Shown here: one piece after another, positions 11,561 through 24,747 of the stretch
How positions within the stretch are numbered: position 1 is the first letter of the stretch
How the letters are laid out: each line of letters opens with the position of its first letter
From: Lingula anatina
Taxonomy: Eukaryota > Animalia > Brachiopoda
NCBI GenBank assembly: GCA_051362555.1
Contig: CM120647.1
Span: 12,748,651 to 12,812,650, forward strand
Length of the DNA: 64,000 nucleotides
Direction of reading: 5' to 3'
Position numbers and translations under genes: made by a program
The notes under the pieces: generated by a model
Seen by the model: only the letters and a program-made list of their open reading frames with translations
Databases searched by the model: none
What the model was told of the DNA's origin: nothing

Positions 11561-12565
11561 GTGGTAAAATAGAATTTATTATATTTCTGTCTGTTGTTTA
11601 CAGTACTATGTGTATTTGTTGTGGAATTTTGAATCTCACATGAAGAGTTGTTATCTGTTTTGGACCTTTTTTTTTTGTTTGTTAAGGCCTTTTTGTGAAC
11701 TAGCTCTCAGTGGGTTGAGAAGTTAAAGGAGCAGACAGCAACAGTTCAGCCGTTCAAGAAAGAAGAACTGTATAGCCCTTAATCCCCAGTCTTAATTCAA
11801 GCAACAGGTAATCAGCGTTATTTCAAGGCAAACGTCCCAGTCTGCTGCAAATGTGGAGCGTGTTGGTTATAGATAACAAGGGCCTGCTGTGGCAGTTTTC
11901 TTTGAAGTCACAAGAGGGTTTTTTTTTTACCCCACTTCTGTGGGGTTCCCAGGAATGAACATTCACTGTCAGCATGACTGTGTCATTCCAGGAATCTTTG
12001 AAACCCAGGGTAAAGATTGATAGATTTTTTTAGGGGGACTACGTTGGTTCAGCTATAACTGCAAGAGGACAGCTACGTAGTGTTGGCATGAGATTTTTCT
12101 TATTATTCAGACATCTCTATTCTTTAGGGAATATATTGGAAAAACAGCTCAACCGGAAATTTCAGACAGTTTCAGACATTTTCTGAAAGTTTTCTTCAAG
12201 GTCGAAGACTGGGGAGTCCCATTTATGCTTTGTGGAGGGGGATGGGTGGTGTCAAAAAGCGGGGGCTGGGGTTGGTGGGGGGGGGGGGGGGGGGAGTAGA
12301 GCAGAATTTACCAGTTGCTTTGTGGTCACCTTTCTTGATTCTGAAAGGGCGAGGTTTTTGTCAGACAAGTTGTGAGGTTCAATGATGATAGTTGTATGAA
12401 AAGGTTCTAATTGGAACCGTAAAAACAGTGTCATTGAAGACTTCTAATAAAAGTGTTAAAAAATTGAGGTATGGCAAAATAGCAAGTGTGTATGTGGATA
12501 AACAAAAAGCCATGTATTTTACACGCACTCACATGTAACAAACATCCTCTCTTTCTTCCTCTCTG

Positions 12566-12610
<45 letters not shown>

Positions 12611-13333
12611 TCCAAGTTGACTCAAAGATTAAAAGTGAAATTTTATATTGGGTAGAGTAAATAAATTCAAATATCTAAAGAGTAAACTCCTAGACTGTTT
12701 TCTACAGTATTAGAGAACACACAGCTTGTTATTTCACACCTACGAGTCATAACACCTGTCTGTGTTAACGAGGTTACCCTACACTGTTGTTAATACATCC
12801 TCAGAAAACCTGATCTGCTTAATAACTTATTTTGCTCGAGTGGTAAAATTTCAGGAATTTTTTTTTCTATTTTCTCGATTGATATACTTAATTTGTTTTG
12901 ATACTAGTGATGAAAACTTGACATTCTGATCATGTTGATTTTAGTCTCATCCCAGAAAAAAAAAGACAGATAATCACAGAAATCAATATTTAACCAAGTG
13001 AGAGGTTAGATGTCCTGAATTTTAATAAGCACTGCCTCACCTTACAGTGTTTATTATTTCATTCTGCTTTGGTGGATTTCTGAGAATTTCTTGCAGTGGT
13101 TGTGCAGGGGTTGTTTTAATCTTCTTTTCCTATCTTGGTGTACGTGGACCTGCGGTTTCCATGCTATTGTATCTATTCATAAAACTGGTTTAGAAAAATA
13201 CAGCCCGTGTTTCAGAGTCTACATTCGTACTCAGACTCTTTAGCTGATTTACCTACTAGTAATGAGTGAATGGATTTGTATATATTAAACCCATGTGACA
13301 TTGCAGTGTCTTTACAATCCCTTTCTATGGAAT

Positions 13334-13590
13334 AGAGAGAGAGAGAGAGAGAGAGAGAGATGGGAGAAAGAGAAAAAGAGAGAGATGGAATAGGGAGAGA
13401 CATGGGAGAGAGAGAAAGAGAAAAAGAGAGATGGAGGAAGGAGAGAGATGAGAGAGAGAGAGTGAGAGGGAGATGGGAGCAAGAGAGAGAGAGAGAGAGA
13501 TGGGAGCGAGAGAGAGGTTGGGAGGAAGAGAGGAAAGAAGAGAGGGAAAAAAAAGAGAGAGAGGAGAGAGAGAAAGAGAGAGAGTGAGAG
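13334..13590. repeat. Polypurine (AG-rich) low-complexity tract
   Basis: Imperfect (GA)n; source of several spurious ORFs. Confidence 0.95.
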
Positions 13591-13876
13591 ATGCCACATA
13601 TCCAGACTGAGATCAAGTATGCCATGTGACTCAGGATTTACTTGAAACCAACCCCGTGCTACCAGCTTGCCTCTGTTGGTTCCAATAATGGCTCTCAAAC
13701 TCAGGGTGTGAAAAAATGACAGATCATAATTCTGACTTGTTTGCTCCAGGAGATGCCATTTCCATTCAATTCCTGCTGATTTAAGAAATATGAATCAAAG
13801 TAATTAAGTTGCCTTGCTGTGTTTTGCACAGTGCATATTGTCCAGATATATATTTACTGTTTTTATTGAGGTAGGC

Positions 13877-14056
13877 TACCCTCTACCAGGGCGACTGATA
13901 GATTTTTACAGATATTCACAGATATGTCTCTAGCTAGATAGATTGTCATTTTAACTCTAAGTGACTTAGAGAAGTGAGTTAAAATGACAATCTAACTAGC
14001 TAGAGACATATCTGTGAATATCCGTAAAAATCTATCAGTCGCCCTGGTAGAGGGTA
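13877..14056. mobile_element. Foldback MITE with 9-bp TSD
   Basis: ~81-bp near-perfect arms TACCCTCTACCAGGGCGACTGATAG...CTATCAGTCGCCCTGGTAGAGGGTA with an 18-bp spacer; GAGGTAGGC on both sides (13868-13876, 14057-14065). Confidence 0.9.
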
Positions 14057-17000
14057 GAGGTAGGCAGTGTTATAATATTAGGATAACAATCAGATGAAGG
14101 AATTACCTCAGTTTGAAATTTTTCTCACCAATTTGTTTTCTGGTTGACTATAAACTTGATTTCATGATTAGGTTTTTATGTATCTATATATATATATACA
14201 GATTTGTTTGTTTTTTCCTAGATTTTTTTTATGAATCTTATATTTAATAACCACTGTCATTTATTTATTTACTGTATTTATTTATTTATTGCATTCTATT
14301 CATTTATTTATCTGTTCATTATTTATCTATTTATTTAATTACTGTTTTTTGTTTAAATTCATTTATTCGTTCATTCATTCATTCTTATTAATTGATTTCT
14401 TTATTTGTTTATTTATTTGTCTACTGTGTTCTGTTTTGCAAAACATTTTCGAGAACTCAGACAAACATACCTGAAGACAGCGGTGGCATGCAGTGACCTT
14501 GACATTTCAGGAGAATGTTTTGCTGTGTGTTTTTGAAGTCATTAACGGCACTTGATCTATGGTATGTGTTGTGCCACTGGCACCCTGTAGTACTCTATGT
14601 CTGCCTATGCCAATTCCAGGGTGAAGTTACTTTTTTGCCAAATTGCTGGATAGTGTTAACCGTAAGTAACAAGACAATATCAACCAAATCAGAAATATGA
14701 ACTGAATATGTGTGGTATTAATTTTGTAAAAAGGAATTCATGAAAATGATTTGCATGTACATTGGCCAAATTGTTTGGAATCAGTTGGCAGAATTTACTA
14801 TGCCAGGTACTAGTAGGTGATTCCTAGACAGTGGATAGTGCCTACTTGTACTAGTATTCATAGAATATGTTAACCCACAAAATGTTCCATACATTTGGCA
14901 TTTTTACAGAGAAACTGCTCCTAACGTTGGTCCTGTATGTCTGGTGGATGTCAGTGAAAAATCGGCTGGAAAAAAAAGGCGCAATTCTAATTTTTTAGCT
15001 CGCGGGCTTGATTGATTTTGATAAGAGTTTCTTGTGTCGTACTTTTTTTTTTTTTTTTTTTTTTTTTTGTAGTTGTCTTTATTAGCACAATTTAGTCATT
15101 ACCTTTTTTTTCAGTTGTTGATTCAGGAGTATGACATTACTATTTTTCTGGACCCAATCCACCTATTTCTATCTGACTTTACAAATATAATGTGAAAAAG
15201 AAGACAAAAAATTGATTACAGCACCCCAGTTATTGAATCACGTACAAATATTATGACTAGACTGTAAATTATGGACAATTATCTAATGTTGATGTTTTGT
15301 TCCCAAGGTCAAATTTGCCTGACAGATCTTTTATTTTCTTGTTTACGATCTCTGCGCTGTCAGTTAAATTAAAGGCAAGTTGGCTATTGATTCTTGACGG
15401 AATTAACATTTAACCCTCTTGGGTATGTATCAAAGAAACAATAGCGATGAGAAGACATCACATACATGTATCGATTTATCTACGGAAAAAATATGAAAAT
15501 GCAACGATAGATCTTTCTCCATGGTGTGACACTCTAAAGGAATTGTAAATTTAATTTATTTTTTGTAGGGAGCCAATTTTGGAGAAATTCTCTCAGTAAT
15601 GACAGAATCATTCAGGCCGATGAATTCAGCAAGGGGCAATTTCGCAAAATAATTTTAGCCTGAACATAGGTATCAACTTAAAGGACCAAAATCACTGTCT
15701 TCTTTGTGAGGAGGAGGAGGGGTGTGTTTAGGTGACTGTCTAATGTTGCAGCCAGGCTATAAAGTTCTCAATCTCTCATGACATAATGGTAAAAACTTGA
15801 AGATTTAATCAGTCTTGAAAATTTTTTCTGAAAATTGTCTGTCAATGTAACTTTTTTTTCACTTGGAAAACTTTGTCAAACTTGAATCTTGGCCTCTCGA
15901 TAATTTTAAAAAGTTTGTCACCTAATATGGCTGTGTCATATTCACAAATTTTATAATAATCATGAATGTTTAAGTGATGATATTTTTTAAATCTTTTACC
16001 ACAGTGAAATAGGGGCTAAATTATTCCACCCCAAGTGAATTGGAAATGGGCTTTAATGGGCTCAGATAGAGCTCAATTCCATTCTGCTGCTGGCAGTGAC
16101 TCAGGACTTCACTAACCATTCCTTGTGTCCAATAACAGAATGATATAAAGATATAATTTTGCAATTTCACTAGACAAAAGCTTGGAAATTCTTTCATTAG
16201 ATGTAAATTTTTGACATTGACATATGGAGATTTCTAAATTATTAAAATACTTTACCAATGTCATACAGTATATATATGTCAAATATCTATCACAATAATA
16301 TTGAAACTATGATTTATAAGAGCCTAAGCAATGACAGTTATTTGTATTTTAATAACTTCTTCACTTAACTGAATGAATTATAGGATTTTAGGATATTATT
16401 TATTTTATTTGCTTTATTTGTTTGTTTATTTCTTAGTACACCCAATGCCTGCACACACACAAACATAGCTGTAGCCTGTACACACACACACACACACACA
16501 CACATGCACGCACACCCGCCCACACACCTTCATTTATATGGTAAACACAATAATTACCCATGGGATTAAATGATCTACAAATATATCTATGTTAATGTGT
16601 CCAGTAGATTAGCTTGATTATACCTCAGGGCTAGTGGAAAAGTGCATGAGAAATCCCCATTTGTTGGGGATAGGGGAGGGGCCAAAGTCCGGGCAGCCAT
16701 TATTGTCATGATGATATTACTATTATTATTGTGCTTGAGGGAAAGGGATATTTGCGTTACATGACTGTTTGCGTGTCTATGGACACATACCTTGGACTAG
16801 TGGATATGGCATTGTTTAAAACTCTTTGAGGGAAATGTTGATTTTTTTGCTATGTTGTGATGTATTTTTGTTAAATGAGTTGGATATAGTTGTGTGAGTT
16901 TTTTATTCTTGCAATGGAGTTAAGGAAGACATATTCTGGTGAGTTAGCTGGATGCTTTACGAGTAATGTTCATGTATGGATTGTTTTTTTTTTTTATCAT

Positions 17001-17081
17001 AACTTTGGAATATGTGAGTTACAATGAAGCTAGTAGATCTTCACATGTATAACTAAGTGTCTGTTGGGATGGATTTTGTGG

Positions 17082-17118
<37 letters not shown>

Positions 17119-17639
17119 CGTTTGTGTGTGTGTTCCTGTACAAGTTTGCCTTTGTATGTTATTATGTTATTATTTTATAATTATATGTGTGTCACGTATG
17201 TGTATGTGCAGTATGTGTCTTTGCATGCTCCGAGGGAGTAACATCACAAAAATAATTCACAAGACAGAGATAGTGAGTACTTAGTAAAATGTTGACAGGA
17301 AAAACAGAAGTCAACTTAAATCCCCTACCAGGAAGTTAAATAAAAAGAATTGATAACACGATGCGGTTGATAATTACTGATGATTGTCATACATAATTGC
17401 TGTGTTTTACAAGATTATCTCAAAGAGGGCATTTTGGATTTTAAACCTACAGTAGTTCATCTTAACAGAGTGTTTTCAGATAAGATTATGAATATAGTGT
17501 GGATTGTACCAAGAGGAACAAGTTAGATTTTTTTTTTTACTAGCTGCTATATATAATACTAGTAATCTAACGTTTTTTTTTTTTGCACTACACTATTTCA
17601 TAGTAATAAAACTCTAAATTTAGCTGAACATTGAATTGA

Positions 17640-17641
<2 letters not shown>

Positions 17642-17712
<71 letters not shown>
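17642..17712. repeat. (CA)n microsatellite
   Basis: Pure AC run; similar runs occur at 12566, 16479, 17084, 23256, 33595 and 34609. Confidence 0.97.
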
Positions 17713-17715
<3 letters not shown>

Positions 17716-20284
17716 GCTTTAAGTGTACATATCATTCATGACACAGCTGAAAAAATACTAAATGTAAGATAGTGTGCCACAAGGCTTCATTTAGCTTATT
17801 TTATGACCATTGTCTTGTTTATATTGATAATACCCAGGTAAAACAATATAAATCACACTGATAAGTGCCATACACACTGGAATGTGAATAGTTCATGGCA
17901 CTTACTTATATCACAAATGTATGTAACTTTTAAGGTGAAGACCCAGTCAAGCTAATAAAAATGTCATATTGGTGAATGTGTGTTTATTAGGCTTTGATAT
18001 ATGCATATTGATTGTTCTGACTCTTGTTTTATTACTAGTAATTAATTAAATAATTTGCATATTTATTTATTTCTGATATTTGAAAAAAGTATTTACTGTA
18101 CTTGTATTTGGCTAAAATTCTTAGCGGTTTTCATTAAAAGTGACATATACATGTATATGAATGAACACACGCACATGCACACACACACACACACACACAG
18201 CTTATTTTTAAGCTCCGTGTCATAAAAGTACACGAACACGCATGTATCACAAATATATTTTAAGAATACCATGCACTTATGAAACTGGGCGGCTTAGCCT
18301 GTGGCTAGCACTGATAACAGGAGTTTGGTTAGCAGTTGATCAACCACAGACACATGAACACGACATACTGCCCCGTTTACACAAGGCGAACTGGCCTTCC
18401 CAGTTGCAAACCTGATTTGCCCAAAAAAAAACTCTATCTGTCTGACATATTGTGAAGTAAAGATTTGGTAAGATCAACCCAAAGTCTAATGACACACACT
18501 TATGCATGCGCGCATGCACGTGCACACACACCCACACACATGATCCTATTTAAAGCTTGTTGCAAGATTTCTGAACTCAGACAGACTATTAAGGAAAGGA
18601 ATGGTATTGAAAAATAAAAATGCCTTCACTATGCAGATTAAGTGTGGTGTCTTGAACCAAACAGACCAAGTCTGGTTGCACCACATTGTACTGTGTAGAC
18701 AAGTTTAGAAAACAGTACAAAAGACGCCCAAAGACAAAAAAAAAAAGGTATAAAGTGATAGGCAACTGCACAGGCACGACAGATAGATGTATACATGTAT
18801 ATAATTATAGTGCAGCATATTCCTCAGAAAGGTTTACTTTGAACCTTTGAACTTCTGATGCTGAGAAGTGGACTGAGAGATTACTAAATCAGAGATTCTG
18901 TCGCCAGATTATGATGTAGTGTGTGTTATTAGTAACAGCGAGGAGCATTGTGTCATTTTGAAAGTATCTTTTCCCAAGTAATCTTCTCAGATGGAGGGAT
19001 TTAGTGAGGAGCGTATTCTTCAGAATTATGACAGAGTGATATAATATTGCAGGGAGTTTTGTATAGTAGTTTTCTTGACTTTCTTTCTTTTTGAAATTTT
19101 TATCATTTTTTACGTGGAGAAGATTTTATCGAAAGACTTGGAAATTGGAATTGTCACCAAAGTGATTCTGATCATCAGAACTTTTTATAGAGCTATTTGC
19201 AGAAGATTTTCATTTAACAGATTGAGATCTGCGATATTTCCCTGGTGTATGAAACATTTTCAGTGCTCTCGGCTTCATCTTGTTGTCATGTCAGGATATT
19301 GAGGAGGTACGCTGGAGAAATCTCATCAGAGCTGCTGCAGTTTTAATTGGACAATGACAAGTTTTCAGGGGAATTTTTAGATTTTGTCACAAACTAGTTC
19401 TAAGACTTGTCAAGTTCTGAGAGCAGTTTCCATTCGGACATCACTTATTTTGTCATGTGTGATCTAATTTGTCTAGTCCATGGGGACTCGGGTGTGAGCG
19501 GAGCTGAGATATGATCAAAGTTGTCAATTTGATGAGGAAAAAACTCATTTTGTGACATTGGGTTTTGTTATAGATCTGTTATTGTAAGGCAGATCCCATC
19601 ATCATTTAAAAACTGGAGACAAGAAAGTGATATTCTCTGCAGCTGAAAGATGGGACTACTCAAGTTTATGAAATTTGTTGTGATTTACGTCCATAGATAA
19701 TGCTGCATTTTTTTTCATAAAAATACAAGAACTTCTGCACACTGCCATGCCCGTAGTTGGAAGCCTATGTCTAATGAATACTCTTGTCTGCAATAATGTT
19801 TATAAATGTTATGTGATGTGCAATTCTCTTTCGAGATATGAACGCAATATCTACAAACATTTTTCATAGATATTATTTCTAGGGTCAGAAGTCCTTTTAA
19901 TTAATTAATTAATTATCTTTTTCAATTTTTGTATTTTAACCTCATCAAATTGTACATGTTCAACAGTTGTCATAAAAGATAGTCAGTTCCCAAGAGACTG
20001 ATTTGCCAAAGCCGAAGATGAAACTAAAACTGAAAAAAGGTCTTCTTTCTGAAGGACATGCATCATATCCCCAGTGTCGTGATGTAGACGTATTTGAGAA
20101 TAACATTCCTTTGCTTTGACAAGGATCTCTTCGAAACAAACAGCAAATACCAAGAAATGGTTTCATTTTCAATTCCGTCAGGAATCTGCATATATGTCAA
20201 GTACTAGTAAACTCGGCTAATTGTCTATTTTGTTTTTGTTTTGTGTGATTGGTAATCTAAAAATAAGACTGTGTTTGATGAGGA

Positions 20285-20616
20285 AAGAGTAAAAGTAAAA
20301 GTTCACTTCTTATATATTGCACTACTTTGTCGTGTCAGAGCGGTTTATAGATACCTGGTCATTTTTTTGGGGCCCTCAGACAATCTGGGTGTTAACGTTC
20401 TCGACTCCCTAGGGAGGATACAGCCTAGCGTGTTCTATGAGACACTGAAAGCTAGCAAACTAACAATAACTTTCTCTGCGTGACCAGGAACTTTTCTCCT
20501 GCTTCAACCCCCCAGGATGAATGGAAAGATGGGAGCCAGCAGGTACCGTTTATGAAGGACTGGTAAGGCCCCGAAAGGGGTCGAACCCATGTCCTCCTCC
20601 TCCGAAGGCAGACATT
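20285..20616 (-). mobile_element. tRNA-derived SINE, 5'-truncated
   Basis: Minus strand: gtctgccttcgg...GGTTCGACCC B-box (20587-20578), then a segment ggtacctgctggctccc resembling conserved invertebrate SINE cores, and a (TTTTAC)n tail at ~20289-20301. No A-box visible. Confidence 0.7.
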
Positions 20617-20796
20617 CGGGAATTTTGTTGACTGGTAAATGATCATGTTGCTTTCTCAAGTTGTCTTGGTGGCAAACTTTGCTCAGAGAGATGCAGAGAT
20701 AATAAGGCATTGTGCTAAGCAACAGTAAGAGTGGCGTAAGAAGCAGACAATGTTGTTGCCGAAAAACATCTAGCATTCAGTTTGGAATGCTCTGGA

Positions 20797-20962
20797 ATGG
20801 CTTCTTCTTCAAGTTTGAATTTCACAGATTTGAGAACTTGTTTTGCTATGGAGTCGAACAAGTGTATTTGTATGGAGGATATTAACAGTTGGTATGAAAC
20901 GCGTCAGAAGAAGCGTTGGAGTGACAGTTTATTGCGATACATTGATTCTAGAGGAGAAGCAG
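20797..20962 (+). CDS. TMCC: Probable first coding exon of long TMCC isoform
   Basis: MASSSSLNFTDLRTCFAMESNKCICMEDINSWYETRQKKRWSDSLLRYIDSRGEA; donor CAG|GTATTT, phase 1, joins 21655 in frame. Confidence 0.55.
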
Positions 20963-21654
20963 GTATTTTGGAACAAGCATACTTGTGATTCTGACAGGGA
21001 GAGAAAGAGAGAGAAGAAAGACAGAGGCAGAGAGGGTGGAAAGGAGAGAGAGAGAGAGAGAGATAGAGAGAGAGAGAGGCGTATATATATATATATATAG
21101 TATAAACAAAACAAAACATGAAAAAGTAGAAAAAAATTGGATCGAAAAATTAGTGATATGTTTATATGTTATGAACAAGTCATGTGATAACTGTATCTTT
21201 GACTCAAATCATATCAGGTGATCAATACACTGTGGCGCCATCTGTCAGTTACAATTTTTCTTATCCTGTAAGGGTACTTGATATCATATCCAAAGCCAAT
21301 ATTTGCTTATTATATGAACTTACGAAACCAGGTTTAATATATGTTGATGATTTCCAGAGTTTCATGACAGCTGAAGGTGGTCTTGACGAGTCTGATCCTC
21401 TGACTAGAAGTATTATTACTACTGCTGAGTTTGGTTGCATGTTACAGAAGATTTAGGTCTTGTAACAGGCATGACTTTTTTTTTCTTGTGGAATACCACA
21501 ATTTTTAATTCAGTTTACCCCAGACTCTGGGATATCAGGTGTCGGGCTTATGTAAAAAGTTCAGAGATCTTTTTTTCCCCAAAAACCCAAGCACATATCT
21601 GTTAAGGCTAAGAGGGTGTGTCCTTATGATTAACATGTGTCATTATTGTTTCAG

Positions 21655-21723
21655 CTCCACAGCCACCGCCTAGAAGTACATCATCCTTGAAAGTAAGAAG
21701 ACAATCAAGCGCAGGTTATGCAG
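21655..21723 (+). CDS. TMCC: TMCC gene internal exon (69 nt, phase 1/1)
   Basis: Acceptor ttgtttcag; xPQPPPRSTSSLKVRRQSSAGYA; donor CAG|GTACAC; G|GC joins the 34389 exon in frame. Confidence 0.7.
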
Positions 21724-22085
21724 GTACACTGAAGCCTCATTCACTTCAATTTGGATAAATTCCATGTAGCTTTTTCTCACCTCTGTCCAACAACTTATTG
21801 GAACAATAATTTACAAGACAGAAATTTAAAAGTGATTACTGCAGTCAACATTTTTTTTTTTTTTTTGAATACCCATCAAAACAATAGTTTTTTGGGAAGT
21901 GCAAAATAATCGCATTTGTAAGAAGTACTCTAGGTGAGAAATTATCCTATTTGTGGAAACCATCTATTTTCAGGAACAACTATCAAAATAATGTATTTTT
22001 GAGAAATGTGCATGCTGATTCACCAGGTTTGTTGGGATTTGGTTCAGTAATGATGGAACTGGTACAATGTAACATGTACCTCTAT

Positions 22086-22497
22086 GGCAGTATTTACACC
22101 CAAACTTGATCCGAGGACTAAAGGATCCACTGATCAAATATGGCTGGCCCACTTGATAGCTTACCCTGAACTCCCCGCGGGGATTCTGTTCAGTATCTAT
22201 AAGGGGATTACGCATCAAGCTTTTAAGAGGGTGGGCCATATTTGTCCCCTGGATCTGTAAAACCCCATTCCCATAGATTTTAGATCGATCTATCCTAGTG
22301 GAGAGTCTCACTAGATTACTGTCAGCTTAGCCAGCTTAAGCGTCTGTCCCGCCTACTAAAAGCTGTAAGGAGGTAATTAACTATGGTGCGCGCTCAGCTG
22401 ACTGCAATTGAGGGTGAACCCCCAGGGAGTTAGGTCGATCTAAATCTATGGGAATGCACCCTAAGTCAACAGATGAACTTTGGTTCTGAATGCGTCC
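22086..22497. mobile_element. Family A MITE interrupted by a family B MITE
   Basis: Family A core and TIRs with TAT flanks; the right TIR is split at TAA by the insertion at 22261-22461. Confidence 0.8.
22261..22461 (-). mobile_element. PIF/Harbinger-like MITE, family B (nested copy)
   Basis: TIRs ccccattcccatagatttt / aaatctatgggaatgcaccc with TAA TSD (22258-22260, 22462-22464); reverse complement of 28240-28465. Confidence 0.9.
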
Positions 22498-23251
22498 TAT
22501 TTTCTCTGGTACACAGCTGCCTGTAAATATTATAATTATGTAGAGGTATTGGACATGAATCATCAGTACAGAATGTATTGATAGCTAAAGGTTCAGTGAT
22601 TGGTCATACATTAATGACCTGTTAGCAGTTTGAGGCAGCATGGGGGGGGGGGGGGCAGACAAGGGGGCATATATTTGTACCCCCCCCACTCTCTTCCTTT
22701 CTCTCATCCTACCTCACACGCTTGCAGGTAGGATACACACATGTGCACACACACACACACACACACATACACATACACATACACACATCTGGTTGGTAGA
22801 GTGAATTTTTTTTCATATGTTTAAGGTTATTTTCCCTTCATGTGTAGAATTCATCTTTAGATTTTCCAGTTTTCTGAGATCTTCTAGTAGAAGTGGGCTA
22901 AAAAAATGAAAAAAGAAGGAGAGAAATTATTTCAGAAAAAAAAAAAACAGTTAGTCTGCTTTTGAACTCATTTCAGATAATTCTGTACAAAATCCCCAGC
23001 TTAAAAGTTCCTTTCCAGCAGCGCTGTCCCCAAGGTGTATCCTTCTCTGATAGATTAATAGATACTCCTAATCTACTTTTCCCTGGCTTTACTTAAATAT
23101 ACAGATGGATTTGTTTCAATCAGAGAGACTGTCACTTTTGGTATGTATGGTTTGTTCTGTGGGATCAGTGTGAACCATGATTAATTAGCGGGAGACGCAT
23201 CTGTCTTGGTGAGATAAGTATTGATCTGATGTGATTGGGCTGGGTTCTGGT

Positions 23252-23283
<32 letters not shown>

Positions 23284-23772
23284 CACGTGTGAATGTGTCT
23301 GTATGTAAATGTGTGTATTGTATATGTGTTGTGTGTGTGCATGTGTGATTGTATGTGTACGCGTGTTTGTGTGTATATATATGCATGTGTGTGTGTGTAT
23401 ACACATGTGTTTATAAGTCTCTCTGCTTACGTATATGTGTAACCAGTGCTCACGTGTGTAGCTGTCTCATCCACACCCTGGTAATGTAATATAATAACAT
23501 AACTTCATGATATTATATTTTAATACATTTCTGGTGTAGCCCAAACTTTGACAAATCAAGTTTGCTATTATTGAAATCAGAGAGGGATGTTGTTGCAGAA
23601 ATTAATAGACTATTGGCCAGTGCATTCAAGGTGGCCTCTGTATTGACTTGGGGAAAATGCTTCTGCCACAGTGATAATTGATCGAAGGTACAGTGTGCTC
23701 GGAAATATTAGGACCACCATAGCAGTATTCACCATTAAAACTAGGTTACTAAGAAAGAATATATGATTATTA

Positions 23773-23990
23773 TACATGAAAGCAAGTCCGCCTAATCCCT
23801 TCATGGTCTCCCATCCTCCACACTCGCCTTCCCTGCAGGGGCCTAGCAATTAAACCTCAAAGCCAAAATATAATCCTTGTGGAGGTGGGGAGACCATTAA
23901 AGGATTAGGCTGTCTTGCTTTCATGTAGGGTCTGCCATATTTGATCTGCAGACCAGTAGATCAGAGAATCATCTGTTTTGAATGGGACCA
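23773..23990. mobile_element. Family A-related long-hairpin MITE, left end missing
   Basis: ~50-bp inverted arms tacatgaaagcaag...cctccaca / tgtggagg...cttgctttcatgta plus a family-A right end (gccatatttgatc...gaatgggacc); similar to 57532-57817. Confidence 0.7.
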
Positions 23991-24472
23991 TAGTTATACA
24001 ACAGTAGATTTTAAAGAAGGATTGATATTATGATTAGGCGTTGTAGGTGCTAGGTTACCTAAGCACTGAAGATGTCAGAAAAATATCCCTTCTTAAAAAA
24101 GAAAAATTGGAGGCTGCTGTAGAGCTGATATTGTTAATGTGTGAAAACTTTGGAATCACCCTATACATATGGTTAAAAGGAACTGTGCTGTCAGATGTCT
24201 CAGATGGAACTGTCTATGGCTGTCTGTGGAAGATAACTATACGCTATCTGTGAGTATTTGTTCTATATCAAATACTAGAACTGTATATATCAGGGAATGG
24301 TTTTACTTTGTGTTGGGATGGGAATCATTATGATTTGTTTTGAAAGCATTTCTGATTTCATGTCTAAAAGATATTGATAAGAAGGGATGTTTGGAAATTG
24401 GGTAACAGAAAGGACGAGACATTGATTGTTGGTTATCTGATCATATACCATAGCACAGTAGGCTAGACAGAG

Positions 24473-24715
24473 TCTCTCTCTCTCTCTCTCTCTTTTCTCC
24501 CTCTCTCTCTTTCTCTCCTTTTCTTTCTCATTCTTAATCTCTCTCTCCCCTTTCTCCTTTCTCTCTCATTCTTTCTTTTTCTCCCTCTCTCTTTCTCTCC
24601 CTTTCTCTTTCATTCTTAATCTCTCTCTCTTTCTCTCTCCCTCTCTCTCTCTCAATCTTTCTCATTCTTTCTCTTTTTCTCCCTCTCTCTTTCTCTCCCT
24701 TTCTCTCATTCTTAA

Positions 24716-24741
<26 letters not shown>
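24473..24741. repeat. Polypyrimidine (CT-rich) tract with internal duplications
   Basis: Imperfect (CT)n with a recurring cattcttaatctctctctc. Confidence 0.95.

Positions 24742-24747
<6 letters not shown>

Noticed and set aside
13212-13698. Long ORFs (SL/ER repeats); likewise those at 3413, 23165, 24534, 34612, 43896-44339, 47449 and 56883
   Set aside because: Artefacts of (CT)n and (CA)n microsatellites that lack stop codons.
15678-16056. Possible Kolobok-like MITE (TTAA-AGG start); other eroded transposon-like stretches near 28860, 31960-32650, 36200 and 59500
   Set aside because: TIRs and TSDs are too degenerate to define boundaries by eye.
20560-20620. tRNA gene suggested by GGTTCGA on the minus strand
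   Set aside because: No A-box or cloverleaf, and it continues into a SINE body and tail.
21184-21456. 90-aa ORF between two TMCC exons (possible 21218-21331 phase 1/1 cassette)
   Set aside because: Weak acceptor and donor, and no recognisable homology; cannot be supported without RNA data.
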